Of a stretch of 64,000 nt of DNA, positions 62,730 to 64,000 are shown piece after piece. Within the stretch, counting starts at the first letter, position 1. Each line of letters begins with the position of its first letter. The DNA is from Squalus acanthias. Lineage: Eukaryota. The stretch spans positions 3,598,001 to 3,662,000 of the forward strand of contig JASTWF010000033.1 in NCBI GenBank assembly GCA_030390025.1. Reading direction: 5' to 3'. Under the pieces are notes generated by a model that worked only from the letters and a program-made list of their open reading frames with translations, was not told the origin of the DNA and searched no databases. A program made the translations under genes and the position numbers.

Positions 62730-64000
62730 ACATAGAAGCATCGAAGATAGGAGCAGGAGTAGTTCATTCGGCCCATCGAGCCTGCTCCGCCATTTAATGA
62801 GATCATGGCTGATCATCCAAATTTAGTACCCTGACCCTGCTTTCTCCCCATATCCCTTGATCCCTTTAGCCTTAAGAAATATATCTATCTCCTTCTTGAA
62901 TATATTTGAAGAATTGGCCTCAATTGCCTTATGTGGTAGAGAATTCCACAGGTTCAACACTCTCTGGGTGAAGAAATTCCTCCTCATCTCAGTTCTAAAT
63001 GGCTTACCCCTTATCCTTAGACTGTGACCCCTGGTTCTGGACTCCCCCGCCACCGGGAACATCCTTCCTGCATCTAGACTGTCTAGTCCTGTTAGAATTT
63101 TATAAGTTTCAATGAGATCCCCTCTCATTCTTCGAAACTCTAGCGAATATACGCCTAATCGACCCTATTTCTCTTCATACTTCATTCCTGCCATCCCAGG
63201 TATCAGTCTGGTAAATCTTCGCTGCACTCCCTCCTAAGAAAGAACATCCTTCCTCAGATAAGGCGACCAAAACTGCACACAATACTCATGGTGTAACTCA
63301 CCAACTTGTACAACTGCAGCAAGACATCCGTGCTCCTGTACTCGAATGCTCTCGCTATGAAGGCCAACATACCATTTGCCTTCTTATCCGCCTGCTGCAC
63401 CTGCATGCTTACCTTCAGCGACTGGTGCACAAGGACTCCCAGATAACGTTGCACTTCCGCTTTTCCCAATCTATTGCCGTTCAGATAATAATCTGCCTTC
63501 CTCTTTTTGCAACCAAAGTGGATAACCTCGCATTTATCCACATTATACTGCATCTGCCATGCATCTGCCTAATCACCCATACTGTCCAAATCATACCGGA
63601 GTTTCTCTGCATCCTCCTCACAGCACACACGCCTACCCAGCTTTGTGTCGTCTGCAAACTTAGAGATATTACAACTAGTTCCCTCGTCTAGATCATTAAT
63701 ATATATTGTGAATAGCTGGGGTCCTAGCACCGATCCCTGTGGTACCCCACTAGTCTCTGCCTGCCACTCGGCAAAAGACGCGTTTATTCCAACTCTTTGC
63801 TTCCTGTCTGTCAACCAGTTCTCTATCCAAATCAGTACCTTACCCCCAATCCCATGTGCTTTAAATTTTCACGCTAATCTCTTATGCGGGACCTTATCGA
63901 AAACCTTCTGAAAGTCCAAATACACCACATCCACTATTTCTCCCTTATCTATTCTACCAGATACATCCTCCAAAAATTCCAGTAGATTAGTCAGGCATGA
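62730..64000 (-). mobile_element. CR1 LINE, decayed RT region plus 3' UTR, running off the window end
   Basis: Minus-strand GVPQGSVLGP, KFADDTKL and NFFTQRV...WNSLP...EKAGSGY*; broken into several ORFs; tail near 62730. Confidence 0.95.

Noticed and set aside
28393..63911. Short antisense ORFs over CR1 copies (e.g. 28393-28644, 61179-61832, 63645-63911)
   Set aside because: They are shadow frames of CR1 ORF2.

Overview
This is eukaryotic, repeat-dominated DNA, most likely from a cartilaginous fish (inferred from HE1/V-SINE-like, CR1/HER1-like and Penelope-type repeats and a GPR139-like exon). There are no prokaryotic genes, RNA genes or CRISPR arrays. Layout: (1) 1-19053, a 22-bp satellite with higher-order blocks. 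It carries 12 co-amplified copies and 1 independent, TSD-flanked copy of a Penelope-type fragment with a degenerate minimal hammerhead-ribozyme core on the minus strand, plus one truncated SINE. (2) 19054-21190, two decayed CR1 LINE pieces. (3) About 21308-59841, an 18-bp satellite containing a 14-18 kb tandem duplication (marked by duplicated CR1 and CR1/SINE inserts) and one Harbinger-like MITE. (4) About 59842-60870, unique DNA with a probable first coding exon of a GPR139/GPR142-like GPCR, preceded by TATA-like and kB-like motifs. (5) 60875-64000, an inverted pair of CR1 fragments in the presumed intron. Nearly all long ORFs in the supplied track are satellite periodicity artefacts. All family assignments are from recalled motifs; no searches were run.
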